Of a stretch of DNA of 64,000 nt, positions 1-13,293 are shown in pieces (position 1 is the first letter of the stretch; the number at the start of each line of letters is the position of its first letter). This stretch comes from Leucoraja ocellata (lineage: Eukaryota). The stretch covers positions 2,604,001 to 2,668,000 of the forward strand of contig JAWMAR010000082.1 of the NCBI GenBank assembly GCA_036785375.1. The letters are read 5' to 3'. Under the pieces are notes generated by a model that was not told the DNA's origin, searched no databases, and worked only from the letters and a program-made list of their open reading frames with translations. Made by a program: the position numbers and the translations under genes.

Positions 1-174
1 GAATGGATTACGGTATTACATAGTTGGCACCTAAAATTAGGTGCCACTGTACTGTTTTGTGCTGTATTAACTTCTAATAAAATACACAGACAAACGGACA
101 AAACAGACAAAAACAACAACATCCACACGGGGGAGAGCAAAGCCGTTGCATTCAGGTGCGCCGCCATTTTCAGT

Positions 175-385
175 AAGTGAACCTCTGCCTCACCTGAACA
201 GTCTGTCGGGGTCCTTGGACGCAGTTGAGGGAGGAGGGTTGCAGGGGAAGGTACCTGGGTAGGGGGTGGCTTGGGTGGGAGCTACGGGATATCGATGAGA
301 CAGGTGTGAGGGCCTCATCTATGATAGAAGAGGGAAATCCCTGTTCCCTAATGAATGAGGACAAGAATGGGCGCAGATGCGGTGG
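175..385 (-). mobile_element. Penelope-like element ORF fragment (RT thumb to GIY-YIG linker, internally deleted)
   Basis: SFIREQGFPSSIIDEALTPVSSISRS...VQGPRQTVQVRQRFT resembles the vertebrate Penelope region just before the GIY-YIG endonuclease. Confidence 0.7.
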
Positions 386-2434
386 AGACGATGAAACTGT
401 TAGTTGGGAGAATGGATTTGACAATGAAGCATTGAAATAACCACACTGGTTATTCCTTTCAGTGGTAGAGAGGTTGCATGGTGATTAACAAATATTTTGA
501 AATCAATGAAATGCAATTATAGTGTTTAAATGTAAGCCTTTTTTGTGTATTCAAAACCTCAGCCTGTCATTAAGGGATGTTTCTGAACTAGTGAGCAGGG
601 AGAAACATGATCGGGGTTTCTGTGAATTCCAGCTAACAATGACCTTTCGCCACATAACACCCCATGCTGGGAATAATCGAGGCAAAACATTCACATCTAC
701 CATGACATGCTAGCTTACGTTTGTCATTTTTTGGTCCGATTGTCTTTTTCAAATGTGACGCATATGCTGCTCTTTTGAAGCTTGGTCAATCCACTGTACT
801 AACTGCTCCTTGGATACAAACACAGATTTGCAGTTGATGTCTATTTTATAATTTGTTTCCTCTATGCAGATTTGGAATAGAACCATAGAAATCCCTTACG
901 TTGTAACAATCTACATGCATTTTGCTTCAGTGACGTCCACTGAAAGTAGGTGGAATAGCAAAATTGATTGGTGACCAAGAATCAATCATAATCCATATTC
1001 AGAATTGTTAGCCTGTTACTACTGTAGTTATGTCATTGTTAATTTTTTTTTACAAAGCGATTCCAATCCTTTAAACACGTCCAGGCCAGTCCATGCCAAA
1101 GATGCAGGCTTGAAGGTGATGAGGAGTTGGAGTGGAGCGGGAGGTGTGGACTTGGTGGGAGAGAGCTGTTTCTTTCAAAAGTGTAATAATAGATTGTGCA
1201 TCCTAAATTAATGACTGGTTTTGACCCTAAAAATTGTATGCTAGGAAATTATTCCTCTATGACTTTTGTGGTTAATAGCTTCAATTAGTTCAAATGATTC
1301 AGTGCAAACAAAATTACTCAAAGCAAAGCCTGCTGAATGTAAATGTGAAGACCAGCCCCTTTAGATGAAAGTTAACAGTCTGTAAGTTGCCTTAATTATT
1401 TTTGTAAATGTTCTCCTGCTTTTAATGATCTGTGCCTGGCCTCTCAAATCTCTCTGTTTTCCATCGTTCCTAACTTTTCAACAATTAAATAACACTCATG
1501 GAATTCTGTCTGCCACCTACTTCATTTATCAATGTATATTTGCAACTTTCTGCTCCTCTGTATCTTGGAGATACAATAAAGCACATTGTACCAGATGAGA
1601 CCCTGCTCTCCATCCCCTGCCTCCTATAATTTCCTTACCCATGTCAAAAGGTTGTCTTTAATTCAATATTCAATTTCTCCTAACTGTCTCGTATAAAACC
1701 TTAGGTTGATTCTGAAAACCTATTTTACTGGTGTATTGAGATTTAATGGTGATATCCAAGCCGGCCACATCCAATCTTAACCCCATCAGTTGGTCCAAGG
1801 CCCACCCTGACCATCACCAAGAGTTTTGTCCAGATGTGAGGCCAAAGCACCTGTGCAACCATCCAGCATTGCAGTACTCTTGCACATGTACAACCTTTAC
1901 TATTTAGCACCCATGCATGCCTCTTTAGTGTAGGTTTGTCTATTTTATTCCTGTTCCCCTCTGGTCAAGCTCAGCAGCTTCCCATCTTGGTGTCCGTCTG
2001 AGTCAGAGCTAGATGTTCTCTCCATATCCGAAGCAGCTTTTCACACCTGAGTAGACACAGATGACCTGTTCCTAGAGCAAAGATTCATCACCCTGAGGAA
2101 CTACACATAGTGCTCATGTCAAATCCATTCCCCCTTTGACTCAGTTCTGATTTGCATTCTGTCAAAGAGAACGGTAGAAGCAAATTCACTGGTACATTTT
2201 AAATAGACAATTACACTCGTAATGGAGACATTTTAAGACACACTGGCTTGCCCATCTTAGAGAATGGAGTGAAGTCAAATGGTGTTACTGGGGTGATGAG
2301 CTTTCTGGTTCTGGCTGGTGAGGGAGCAGAGAGATTTAAAGATAGCTAGGCAATCATCATGAAGGTAGAGCCAACAGCTGTTAAGGATACTACATGACTT
2401 GTGATTACAAGTACTTGTGATCCCTGAGGTATAG

Positions 2435-2640
2435 TGTAGTTTAGAGATACAGTGGGGAAACAGCCCCTTCAACTCACTGAGGCTGCACTGACCAGCGATC
2501 CTTGTACACTAGTTTGAGCCAGGGGCAATTTACTGAAGCCAAGTAACCTACAAAGCTGCAGGTGTTTGGCATGTGGGAGGAAACCAGAGCACCTGGAGAA
2601 AGTCTACGTGGTCACAGTGAGAATGTACAAACTCCAAAGG
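2435..2640 (-). mobile_element. V-SINE, 5' truncated
   Basis: GTTTAGAGATACAG tail, GTGGGAGGAAACCAGAGCACCTGGAG V-domain. Confidence 0.8.
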
Positions 2641-2723
2641 TATATCTGCCTGGCTTACGGTAATGCCACATGGAATATACTTGGTATCTCTTGCTTCCAT
2701 CACTGCCATTTATGTTCACTGAC

Positions 2724-2921
2724 GTGCAGGAAGGAACTGCAGATGCTGGTTTATACCAAAGACAGACACAAAATGCTGGAATAACAGCGGGTCGGGCAGC
2801 ATCTCTGGAGAAAAGGAATAGGTGACATTTTGGATCTGAAGAAGGGTTTTGAACCAAAACCTCACCTATTCCTTTTCTCCTATGCTGCCTGACCCACTGA
2901 GTTACTCCAGCATTTAGTGTC
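2724..2921. mobile_element. Fold-back Penelope-terminus-derived short element
   Basis: Inverted arms around CTGAAGAAGGG (2836). TSD TATGTT(C/T)ACTGAC at 2711-2723 and 2922-2934. Confidence 0.8.
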
Positions 2922-4159
2922 TATGTTTACTGACTTACTGTGTTCCCATATTTTTCTTTCTTTCTCGGTATTACCCACTGATCCAGCCTGGTTCGCTGTC
3001 CTCCTACAACAAGTGCAAGCAGGGAAGAGCAGCATGTTTTCTCCGCGAGAAGTCGAGTGACATATCTGTGAACTGAGGACTCCAGCAGAATTCAAAGATG
3101 CCATTTTATGTTCAGAACATTTCATGGCCCGTTTTATCTATAGTTGTCAACATATTGTTCTGTGGTTTAAAAACCAATTCGACGGATCACCTGTGATGGC
3201 AAACAGAGAGTCTACAGGGATCTAAAAGTCAGTTAAAAACAAGTATCCTACACAGAGCATGACCATGAAACGTACAAAGGCAGCGGAAGCGATACCCTTG
3301 CAGGTTTCAGCAGAAACTCTGCTCCAATGCATGTGAGAAGCTTATGGTTGGTTGTAACCACAGAACCACTTGCTGGGTTGGAAACTTCAAGTGATAATAA
3401 TCTAAACTGAGTTCTGTCAGCATCTTCTATCTCAGGGCAACATCCAGTATAAAATGTAAACAGCTGTGTTTTTGTTTTAGTTCTGCTCATGAACTTTCCC
3501 CACCAGTATCTTTCTCCTCTCCTGAATATGTTGACTCTTTGATTCATGAGTGTTGGCGATGCTATTGCAATTACAATCTGATCCTCTCGCCCCATAAGTT
3601 TTCCCTAATGATGTTTCCAGAAAGAGTTCGCTGACGTGTTTAAAAGCAGAATCTCTGGCCACTTTTTGCTTTGTTAAACTTAGATGTGCTGAAGACATTT
3701 TTATTGCCGGTAGCCCCACACTGGCTGAAGCAGATAGCTATGAATGATTCTAGTCTGCATAGCTCAACCAGACACCATCATTTTTCTGAGCCTTGGAAAT
3801 TGTGATTTCTGAAGCATGTTTTGCAAATAAATCACTAACTTCAGAAAATTGATCATTTCCATATTCTGAATGTTTAAACGCTAAGCTTGAGAATTGGACG
3901 TCCAATATTTTTTCAGAAGTTAATTGATGTTATAGTTTGTGTCCAGAAGAAGCCATGACATCTATTTACTACATGGACTTATGCAAATGATTCAAGGCTA
4001 AAGAATAATGGGAATTAAAATGCATTCAATCATATTTTGTCCAATGAATCCAATTATCTCAAGTGCAGAGAACCTATGCAAGCCAAATATTAGAAATTAG
4101 GAATAAAGCAGATTCATCGTCTCAATATTATTGTGGAAAATAAGAACTTGTGCTGTAGA

Positions 4160-4985
4160 AGGTAATAAAAGTTTGGCTGGTTAACAAAATGCCCCAAAGT
4201 TTGTTGCTGGGGCCTTAACCTGCTACAATTTATATAAATGACTTGCCCGAAGATACAACGCTAAATTTATCAATGACACTTTAAAGATAGAAAGGGAAAG
4301 AGGTTGGAAAGAGGACAGAGGATCTACAGAGGGATACTGATGGGGATGGGGAGAGAATCTGGCAAATGTAGGCAAATATGGAGGAAATATTTTGCAGGAA
4401 ATATAGGGACAAATGGTGAGAAATTGCAGAGGGATCCAGGTGTTTTAGTGCATGATTCACAAAGGCAATTATGAGGGCACAATAGTAAGTAGGAAAGCTA
4501 ACAGAATGCTCAGAAAGTTCATAGGGCATATCTGGAGCAGTGTGCATATTATTAATTTTATTTAAGAAAGGATGTTAATGCAATGGCAGAGGCTCAGAGG
4601 ATGTTTACTGGGCTAATACCTGGAATGGAGAGGCTGGGCACGTGAGGAAAGATGCATGCCTAGTCTGTCCAATATATTAATGTTTCAAACTGAAGGGTGC
4701 CCTGCTGAAAATACAGAAGGTCCTGAGGGGTCTTCACAAGATGGGCATAGAAAGGATGTGTCTTCTTGTGGGAAAATATAGGACGGCTTAAAAATAAAGA
4801 GCCACCGGTCTGCGACATGACGGACCACAAGTTTGTTTATCTCTCAGATGATTGTGAGTGTTTGGAATGTTCTTCTTCTTTGGGCAGTAGATCCCGAGCC
4901 TTTGGATATTATAAAAATAGAGGTGAATGAATACCTGATAGAAGGGGGATGAAATATTATGGTGGATAGACAGGAATGTGGATTT
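4160..4985 (+). mobile_element. Old degenerate CR1 LINE fragment
   Basis: TGCTGGGGCC...TTTATATAAATGACTTG, CAGAGGATGTTTACT...ATACCTGGAATG, TTCTCTCAGATGATTGTGAGTGTTTGGAAT motifs. Confidence 0.65.
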
Positions 4986-4999
4986 GTGGTTACAATGAG

Positions 5000-5172
5000 T
5001 GTGTAAGAAGGAACTGCAGATGCTGGTTTCAACCGAAGATAGACACAAAAAGCTGGAGTAACTCTGCGGGTCGGACAGCATCTCTGGAGAAAGGGAATAC
5101 ATTAGTTATTTTCCTTTTCTCCAGAGATACCGTCTGACCTGCTGAGTTACTCCAGCTTTTAGTGTCGATCTG
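5000..5172. mobile_element. Fold-back Penelope-terminus-derived short element (core deleted)
   Basis: Inverted arms AGACACAAAAAGCTGGAGTAACTC / GAGTTACTCCAGCTTTTAGTGTC. TTACAAT on both flanks. Confidence 0.75.
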
Positions 5173-6599
5173 TATTTACAATATCAGCTATGAAACAGCC
5201 AAGCACACTTGAGGAGTTGAATGTCCCACATCTAATTTGTATGTTCTTTATTCACATTATAATCCCTTGGTTCCATTTTTATCTGTTGGTCTTGTTGTCA
5301 TTTTGGATACATGTAGCTGATTTGGTATCTGAGTTTTAGTTCTGTAATTTAAAAACTCGCACACAAACTCCGTGATGGATTGACCAGGACCAATGCTACA
5401 GCTGACAGTGTGAAACAAATATTTCCACTCCACTCTGCCCAGAGCTTTCTCAGCCCAGAGAGGCAGAGTTGTCATGGACACACCTAGACCAGCTGCCAAA
5501 CAGCTGACATTTAAGAGCCGTATCCTTGAATGCAATTCAATGAAAATCTATTTGCATCAAAAGCCACACGATTTGAGTATGATTTTAATCCTACTTTTCA
5601 CTAATTTAAAAAGGAAAGCAGATGACCTTTATTACAGAAGTAAACTAACTGTTGCAGAGCGTATGTAATGACAGGTTTTTTTAATGAATGATGATTAGGA
5701 ATTAATATTAATGTCATCTTTTTCTGTTATTTTTGGTTAAATCTCAATACTTGGCAAAAATGGCAGATCATGGTTTGTTGACAGTCTGGAAGGGCAGTGC
5801 CGTTATGTGCTGTGCTGTTCCACAGAACGACAGAGAGAAAGTTTGCACACAATTCCACACCGACTGAATCCATCATGCATTGTAGCCCTTGCAATTACTT
5901 TCTCTCTGCACATTCTCTGTAGCTTTTACATCATATTCTGCACTCTTCTCCTTTCTTTCTTTTGCACGACATGTGGTTGTACTCGCGTATGGTACAATTT
6001 CAACCAAACTGAGACGTACCTACATTGGTGTTAAAGTGTGAAGAAACTATTGACACAATAGTATTCCTCCCAGTGATCGCTTCAAGTGTTATCACAGTCC
6101 CACAAACTGGGAGCAAATAGCTCCTGCCTACTTTCTAACCGAGATTGACATCATCCTTGTGCTTGGCTGTGGCTGATGGGAGAGTGGGTTGGACAATTTC
6201 CACACAGGGGAAAAAAACGTTTAACCAAATATATTGGGACATTTTGCTATCAGATTTCCTTTGCTTGAATACACTAATAAATAATATTGTGGGAACCCTT
6301 TTCACAAATCTATTTGCGAAAACAGAGACACTCGTTTGTTATAAAATCCCAGACTTTGTCCAGAAAATCCCAGCGATGTCTGTTCCTTTCACTCTTCTCT
6401 GAATCATTTTTCTGTTTTCTTTTCTGATTAGCAGCTTTTTATAACCAAACCACAACTTTCCAAAAATAATTGGTATCACTTATCCTTTTATGCTTCCTAA
6501 AAATGAAAAAAAAAACACTGCCCATCAAGAGGCAAAGGGACTTGCTGAGTTTAGTTACTGATTTTAAACACACTGCTCATTTTGCTGCTTTATAAGTTT

Positions 6600-6835
6600 C
6601 TCGAGTCATCGAGTGATACAGTGCAGAAATAGGCCCTTCGACCCAACTTGCCCACACCAGCCAACATGTCACAGCTACATGAGCCCCACCTGCCTGCGTT
6701 TGATCCATATCCCTCCAAACTTGTCCTATCCATGTACCTGTCCAAATGTTTCTTAAACGTTGCAATAGTACCTGCCTCAACTACCTCCCCTGGCAGCACG
6801 TTCCATACACCCACCACCCTTTGTTTGAAAAAGTT
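6600..6835 (-). mobile_element. CR1 LINE 3' fragment (second subfamily)
   Basis: FFKQRVVGVWNVLPGEVVEAGTIATFKKHLDRYMD. Confidence 0.85.
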
Positions 6836-7716
6836 GTTTTTCCTTTGTGTCCAGAACAGATGAAAGTCATACAAATGCAACAGGGTAAGATCAGGAACGC
6901 TCACTAAACCTTAAATTCAGAATTAAATCGTTTGCATCTTATTTAAACTGATTTTCACCACCCGATCGCCTTGTGTTCCAGTCCAGCTTTAAGTACTTGT
7001 GGCCTCAAAAAAAATGTTGCAGTTATCTACTTTGCTCAAGACAGAAACATGAAACTCCAGTCAGAATATCAAAGAAAAGCATGTAACTTCTACAGTAATG
7101 GAGCATTTTCTGTGACACTTCCTCACATTTCAGTTCCCATCCGAGAGCAGGAAATAAACATGTCATCTCCCAACTGGGTGTGTCACTAAACGAGCTGCAA
7201 ATGAAGAACAAATACAAGAAAGAAAATGTATATTTTTAAGGAGGGCTATGATTTTCACCATGAAAATGGGCGAGCACTGGATTTCTAGCTTGCTGCACTC
7301 TGTTTATGCTAGTGTTGGGTACCACGCATGAATAAGTTTGATACCACTGGAAACTCAACCTATGTGCAGCTCCCCTTTATTTAATCACTGGTTTCTAATC
7401 AGTCGGTGGTAAACCTCATCTGAAAATATTGAAAAACGCGCATTAAAATTGGTACATAGAAAACTGATAATTTTCATGTTGGCATTGCATTTAATTCATA
7501 GATGCATTTATACAATTTATCTTCAGCTACGTTGTTCTATCCTTCTACCATCCTTTGCCATTACCTGCCAGATTTCCTAATTGCACTTTAGGAATATACA
7601 GTATCTTCATCAATTATTTCACCTGGAAAACAACAAAACGTCTCTAGGCTGTAGAAATTTGCATCTGTTAACCAAAGTTTTATTGATATAGTTAGATATA
7701 ATAAAATTAAGTCTTA

Positions 7717-8651
7717 CTAGACCAAGGGGGACCCATTGGGTCCCATCCCCTCAACGCGCGGTTGCGGTGGGGGGGAGGGTGACCTGCAACGTCACACACA
7801 CACTAACCACCAGCCACCCCCACATACACACTAACCACCCCCCACACGCACACAACAACCACTCCCTTAATATTGGAGAAAAGGGGGGGAGGAGAGGGGG
7901 GGAGAGAGGGGGGAAGGGAGGGGACAGGGGGTTAGGGAGGGGAGAGGGGGGGAGAAGAGAGGCCAGGGGTGGGGAGAGGATGGGGGGCAAGAGGAGGGGG
8001 GCGAGAGAGGGGAGAGAGGAGGGGGGTGTGAGGAGGAGGGGGGAGATGAGGAGGAGGGGGGAGAGGACGAGGAGGGAGAAGAGGAGGAGGAGGGAGAGAG
8101 GAGGAGGAGGGGGGAGCGGGCAGCTGGGCAGGCGTCAACCAAAGGACTGCGTGTTCAGCAGCTTCAATCCAGAGCCCGGGGTGGGGAGGGGTCATTACAA
8201 GGGAGGGCTGGTTCCCGAACTCAATACTCCGTTGCTCCAGGCTGCAGGCTCCAGGGACAGGGCAGAGATAGGGAGAGGGATGTGGGCGGATGTGGACTCG
8301 AGGGAGGCGGTAAGCGCGGGCCGAGGAACGAGCAAGTGTCGACCAAAGGGCGGGGAGGAGGGAGGGGTGGGAGGTGATGTCAGTCGCAGCGCGAGCAGAT
8401 GGCAGGCAGATCCATTGTCACGTCAAAAAACAGGCGTTTTGAAGTCAAAGTTTGATCGGATTTGTGAACATTTTTATTAATAACTTAAGAAATAAAGCAC
8501 AAATTTTTCAGGTACGCAGATTTTGGACTCCAGGGGGTAAATCTCTACCAGAATATGTAAAAATAAATCCCATTCGAGAAGATGTGAAAACACACAAACA
8601 AATAAACACACACACACAAACATCCAAGATCAGAGTTTATAGTTATAAGGA
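7717..8651 (-). mobile_element. Non-autonomous Helitron-like element
   Basis: On the minus strand: A|TC 5' start (8651), 3' CTAG|T end (7717), and GGGACCCA-A-TGGGTCCC hairpin (7728-7744) ~10 nt from the 3' end. No TSD. Microsatellite near the 5' end. Confidence 0.75.
7875..8120 (+). repeat. Polypurine G-rich low-complexity tract
   Basis: Nearly pure G/A (GGA, GAGG, GGGGG runs) inside the Helitron. Confidence 0.9.
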
Positions 8652-8841
8652 TAGGTCTGAAATGGGGCAAAGGCATATGTGAACAGACTACCAGATTGCA
8701 AAAAAAAAATCAAATTACTGCAGATACTGGTCATCTAAAATATAAATAGACAGTGTTGGAAATTTGGCCACATCTGCAGAATGAGAAACATGGTTCATAT
8801 TTCAGGTCAAAGATCTTTCATCGCAGTTGGAAAAGAGAGAA

Positions 8842-8944
8842 TAGCCTAGTTTGAAGAAGGGGTCCAACCCAAAACGTCACCCATCCTTTTTCTCCAGAGA
8901 TGTTGCCTGACCTGCTGAGTTACTCCAGCACTTTGTGTCTATCT
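8842..8944 (+). mobile_element. Monomeric Penelope-terminus short element
   Basis: Perfect 15-bp TSD TTGGAAAAGAGAGAA at 8827-8841 and 8945-8959. Confidence 0.8.
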
Positions 8945-9039
8945 TTGGAAAAGAGAGAAAATAAGTTAAAATTATGGAGAAGGTTAATGGGGTGGGGGGA
9001 GGTTGGATGAGGCAAAGTGAATATCTGTGATAGGGAGAA

Positions 9040-9510
9040 ACATAGACATAGAAACATAGAAACAGGAGTAGGCCATTCGGCCCTTCGAGCCAGCATTACC
9101 ATTCAATATGATCAAGGCTGATCATCCAAAATTAGTACCTCATTCCTGCTTTCTCCCCATATCCCATGATTCCGTTAGCCCAAAGAGCTATATCTAACTC
9201 TCTCATGAAAACATCCAGTGAATTGGCCTCCACTGCCTTCTGTGGCCGAGAATTCCACAGATTCACAACTCTCTGGGTGAAAAGGTGTTTCCTCATCTCA
9301 GTCCAAAATGGCCTACTCCTTTATTCTTACCCTGGTTCTGAACTCCCCCAACATCGGGAACATTTTTCCTGCATCTAGCTGTCCAATCCCTTAAGAATTT
9401 CATATGTTTCTATAAGATCCACCCTCTCATCTTTCTAAATTCCAGTGAATATAGTCGATCCATTCTTTCATCATGTCAGTCCCACCATCCCGGGAATTAA
9501 TCTGGTGAGA
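9040..9510 (-). mobile_element. CR1 LINE 3' fragment
   Basis: ACATAGAA repeats, GGCCATTCGGCCC hairpin, GAATTCCACAGATTCACAACTCTCTG. Confidence 0.88.
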
Positions 9511-9777
9511 CAGCAGTTGCTGTGGGAATGAGTTGCACAGTTCACTGAGCTATAGGAAGATACAGCATGTAACCAACCTTTGGCGTACCAGTGCATGCAC
9601 GCCATTGTCCACCCACTTACATTAATCCCAACTGTTTTATTCTCCTGGCATTTCCACCATCACCCTCAGAATTCCACACAATACGGATAATTTAGTGGCC
9701 AATTCATCCGACCAACCCACGTGGGATGTGGGAGGAAAAAGGACTATCTGGATAAAATTCACGCATTTGCTGGGAGA

Positions 9778-9915
9778 ATCGTTTAAGACAGGTACATGGA
9801 TAGGACAGGTTTGCGGGTTATAGAACAAGCGCAGGCAAGTGGTTCTAGGGTAGCTGGGACATTGTTGGTCCATGTGGGCACGTTGGGTCAAAGGGCCTGT
9901 TTCCACACTGTATGT
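9778..9915 (+). mobile_element. CR1 LINE 3' tail
   Basis: GACAGGTACATGGATAGG...AAAGGGCCTGTTTCCACACTGTATG. Confidence 0.75.
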
Positions 9916-12057
9916 ACTCTAATGGGCAAACTGCATGCAGAAAGCACTTAAAGTCAGGAGTGAACCTGGATCTCTGGCATGGGAAGGTTGTGGCTCTCAT
10001 ACAGTTCATGAGTTAATGGAAGTAGTAGAGAGCCAGTAAATGAACAAGAGCTACAAAATTAAGGTGGTTGGGCAGTGCTTCCATTTCATTTCTGGTTGCC
10101 CGGCATTACTCCAACCCTGACTTACTCTATCAGCAAAATTCCTCGTCCCTCTCCAACCCGCTTCCCCAACTTTTTCTGCACTAATTTGTTGTCCTTGTCC
10201 AAGCTCTAACAAAATACCTTTATGAGGTTAAGAGGAGATGGCAGAAGAATGGGGTTAGGGGATCAGCCATGATTGAATGGCGGAGTAGACTTGATGGGCC
10301 GAATGGCCTAATTCTGCTCCTATTATTTTTTACCTTATGATCTTTGAACAGATGCGAACTCTATTTCTCTTTCCATAGATGCTGCTTCACCTGCTAAGTG
10401 TTCCCAACATTTTCTGTATTTATACCATTTGATTACGCTTCTTGTCGTAATTTAAAGGCCGCAAAATCCTGATGGCTGTTACAAAGGCATTATTTGATTC
10501 CTTGCTCTGAAAACCAAATAAAACCCCCAGAGGGAATTCAACTTCCTGAAAAACAATCAAAAGATATTTATCTCAGTCTTAAACCTTTTTCGTTTGGCCA
10601 GATTAGGCTAGCTCACTTAGCTGGATACCATCAGTAGTCTCAGTGAATGGGTGAGTAGTAACAGCAAATAATAGCCCATGAGAATTGAGAAATAAAGATC
10701 TGATATAGCCAGCCTTACACTGGTAAACTCAAAAAGGTTGGTAAATAATTATGATCCTAAGAATAGCAAAACAGAGGCCTGGATCGTATCATTTTTCTCC
10801 CAATTTTAGATGTGATCAGTCTACAACAGTGGTTAAATAATAAGGGAAAATAGTTTGTACTTCAGGTTTTTTTTATTGGAAGTTGAGAACAGCCTATGTA
10901 AAACAGCAGGAAGTGATACAGTTTTGCTGAAGACACACTTTATAACAATCAGGTTTACTGATTACCGATTAAGAACACGTCTTCAGACTTCAAAAATGTC
11001 TTGCTTCAAGTTAAAAACCGTTACAAACATTCTGAAATGCAGTAGTGTTCTCCAATTCATTTCAGCAACTGTAGCCCATGTTTTCGCTGTATGTAAGCAG
11101 TCTTTTATACAGAATATGCACCCAGATTTGCTAGCATACATTTCATTGTTTAAAATGCCCAGACTTGCCACATATAACTGTGGCATTAACTGTGTAAGCT
11201 TTAGAAGTAAGGCAAATAGGTTACGCTGTGTGTTACATTATTGTTGTGCTACTAATGGTCTGAAAAATGCATTCAGCCACTGGATTTTGTGGCGGAATGA
11301 GTCATCATGTATTTGAAAGGATTTCATGATTTGCAAGGTATTAACGTAAAACACTTCTTTGTGCTCCCATCAGATTCCTTAGCACATGCAGGTAGTACTG
11401 TATAGGCGTAAATATTGCTTGGTCTACATTTAAAATAAAGGTTTAAAATACTTCCACAAGCTGCTTTTCCTGGAATTCCTGTTATTCCAGGGAACGCAAT
11501 ACCTCAAGAAAGTCACACTTACAAAAGTGCAAGCTCTCCACACCCTGCCTCATTCCTTCCACTTTTATTGTGTTCAGCCTTATCTGAAAACGAAAGCACT
11601 GGTTTTATCTTTAATATTCAATAAAACTAGTTTCCATTTAAGATGATCACAAAGGATGGGACTGGAGATAGTAAGTTAAATGTCAGTGATAGAAAATAAT
11701 CCTTGCAGTAAAAAACACGTTGGTCTTGTGTAGAACTATTTTAATATAAATTAACAATGGCGAGTGGGTTTTTAAAAATGTTCATAATACAAGTCCATAA
11801 TGGACACCCTGAGCCTACAGTAGACACAACCAGAAATGTGGATGTCCAAATGCAGTGATGCCAACTTTCCTGATTTTGGCAGGATATCTGGGCAATTCCC
11901 ATGAGTTGTACATTTTTAACGTGTACATTTATATGAGAACTCTTATTTGTAGCTCCAACTCAATATGATATTTTTGAATCATACTAATTGCATTAATACT
12001 CAATTAATACTCTGCTTCTCCTCTCTCCTTATTGTCATAAGCTGTCACCACCTCATG

Positions 12058-12340
12058 GAATAAAGGAAAGGCCATTTAAAACTGAGATGAGAAAACAATT
12101 TTCACCCAGAGAGTTGGGAATTTGTGGAATTCTCTGCCACAGAAGGCAGTGGAGGCCAATTCACTGGATGAATTAAAAAGATAGTTAGATACAGCTCTAG
12201 GGACTAGCGGAATCATGGGATATGGGGAGAAGGCTGGCACGGATTACTGATTGTTGATGATCAACCATGATCACAATGAATGGCGGTGCAGACTCGAGGG
12301 GCCGAATGGCCTCCTCCTGCACCTATTTTCTGTTTCTAGT
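12058..12340 (+). mobile_element. CR1 LINE 3' fragment inside the probable FAM53B 3' UTR (antisense)
   Basis: TTCACCCAGAGAGTTGGGAATTTGTGGAATTCTCTGCCACAG...GGGCCGAATGGCCTCCTCCTGCACC. Confidence 0.88.
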
Positions 12341-12936
12341 TCAGACATCAGTCATTTGGCGGAGAGCCTATCGATAGTAGAGATACCAGTGGCTCTATGG
12401 AAACTGTCAGTACAAAAGGCGGCATTGTGCCTGAGTTGACTCCCTGAATGAGGCTAGCCGCTGCATCCCAAATGCAATCATAATGCGAGGAGCCCTACAT
12501 TTTGCTCATTACTCCATTCTGGGAGAAAACAAAATCTGCAGCAAAGCAGTGAAGGCATCAGTAGTACAAACAAGCCAGAGTTTTGCCAGCAGTCACAACC
12601 AGAGCAGCTTGGCTTCAACGTGCTGTGGCAGAGGTAAGGATAACTAAAGTTTGTGTGCGAGAGGAAAATGGAAATATGCAAAATAAACACGGTTAAAAAA
12701 TGTTTTTAAAAAATGATAGGTATAGATAAAATAAAGTACAAATCAAACAATAGTAAGCAAGTATGCAGCAGATGACAGATTGCACTTGTGACATGAATCC
12801 ATTCAGATCGCAGTTTGTGGTTGGCAAGTTGGCATCTCTGTTAGACACTCATTTACTGGAGCTGGTGTGGTGTGGGTGGGGAAGTGTCACCTACTAGTTC
12901 GGATTTATAAATGTCATCCACACTGCATTGAAACAG

Positions 12937-12939
<3 letters not shown>

Positions 12940-12985
<46 letters not shown>
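12940..12985. repeat. (TA)n microsatellite in FAM53B 3' UTR
   Basis: Perfect AT dinucleotide run of ~23 units. Confidence 0.97.
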
Positions 12986-12992
<7 letters not shown>

Positions 12993-13293
12993 GATAAAGC
13001 TTGTATTAAAAAACATGTACAGTGTGACCCTCTTAAGCACAACTTTAACCTTCAGGACACGGGCAATTTTAACTTTTGTACATTGTTCATTAGCAATCAC
13101 CTCCCATCCTCATTGTGTTTGCCCCATTAAACCGTGACCGCCTGATTTTCCACTGGCACATTCAACACGTAGGTATGGATTTCTAGGTAAGGATGAACCT
13201 TTCACAGAGTGCTTTGGAGCACCGTTCAAAATATTTAAAAAAATGCACCAAACTGTATAGATGACCTGCTCAAGCACTCTAGAACCTGATAGC

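Larger units (their letters stand above)
10860..13293 (-). other. FAM53B: Probable FAM53B 3' UTR with candidate polyA signal
   Basis: Lies downstream of the stop codon. AATAAA on the minus strand at ~10872-10877 (TTTATT on +) and at ~11564-11569. AT-rich, repeat-poor distal part. The 3' end is inferred only. Confidence 0.5.

Noticed and set aside
2050-2100. Short inverted similarity (CAGGTCATCTGT) to ~28500-28530
   Set aside because: Too short to separate from chance without an alignment
7767-8480. 237-aa G/R/E-rich ORF and its P/S-rich antisense ORFs
   Set aside because: By-product of a polypurine low-complexity tract inside a Helitron-like element; no ATG start or domain
1-10800. Terminal exon of LHPP, the convergent neighbour of FAM53B in mammals
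   Set aside because: Looked for a ...ADGYVDNLAEAV-like peptide on + and found none; probably outside the window
10855-11316. 153-aa ORF on +
   Set aside because: Non-ATG start, no recognisable motif, antisense to the probable FAM53B 3' UTR
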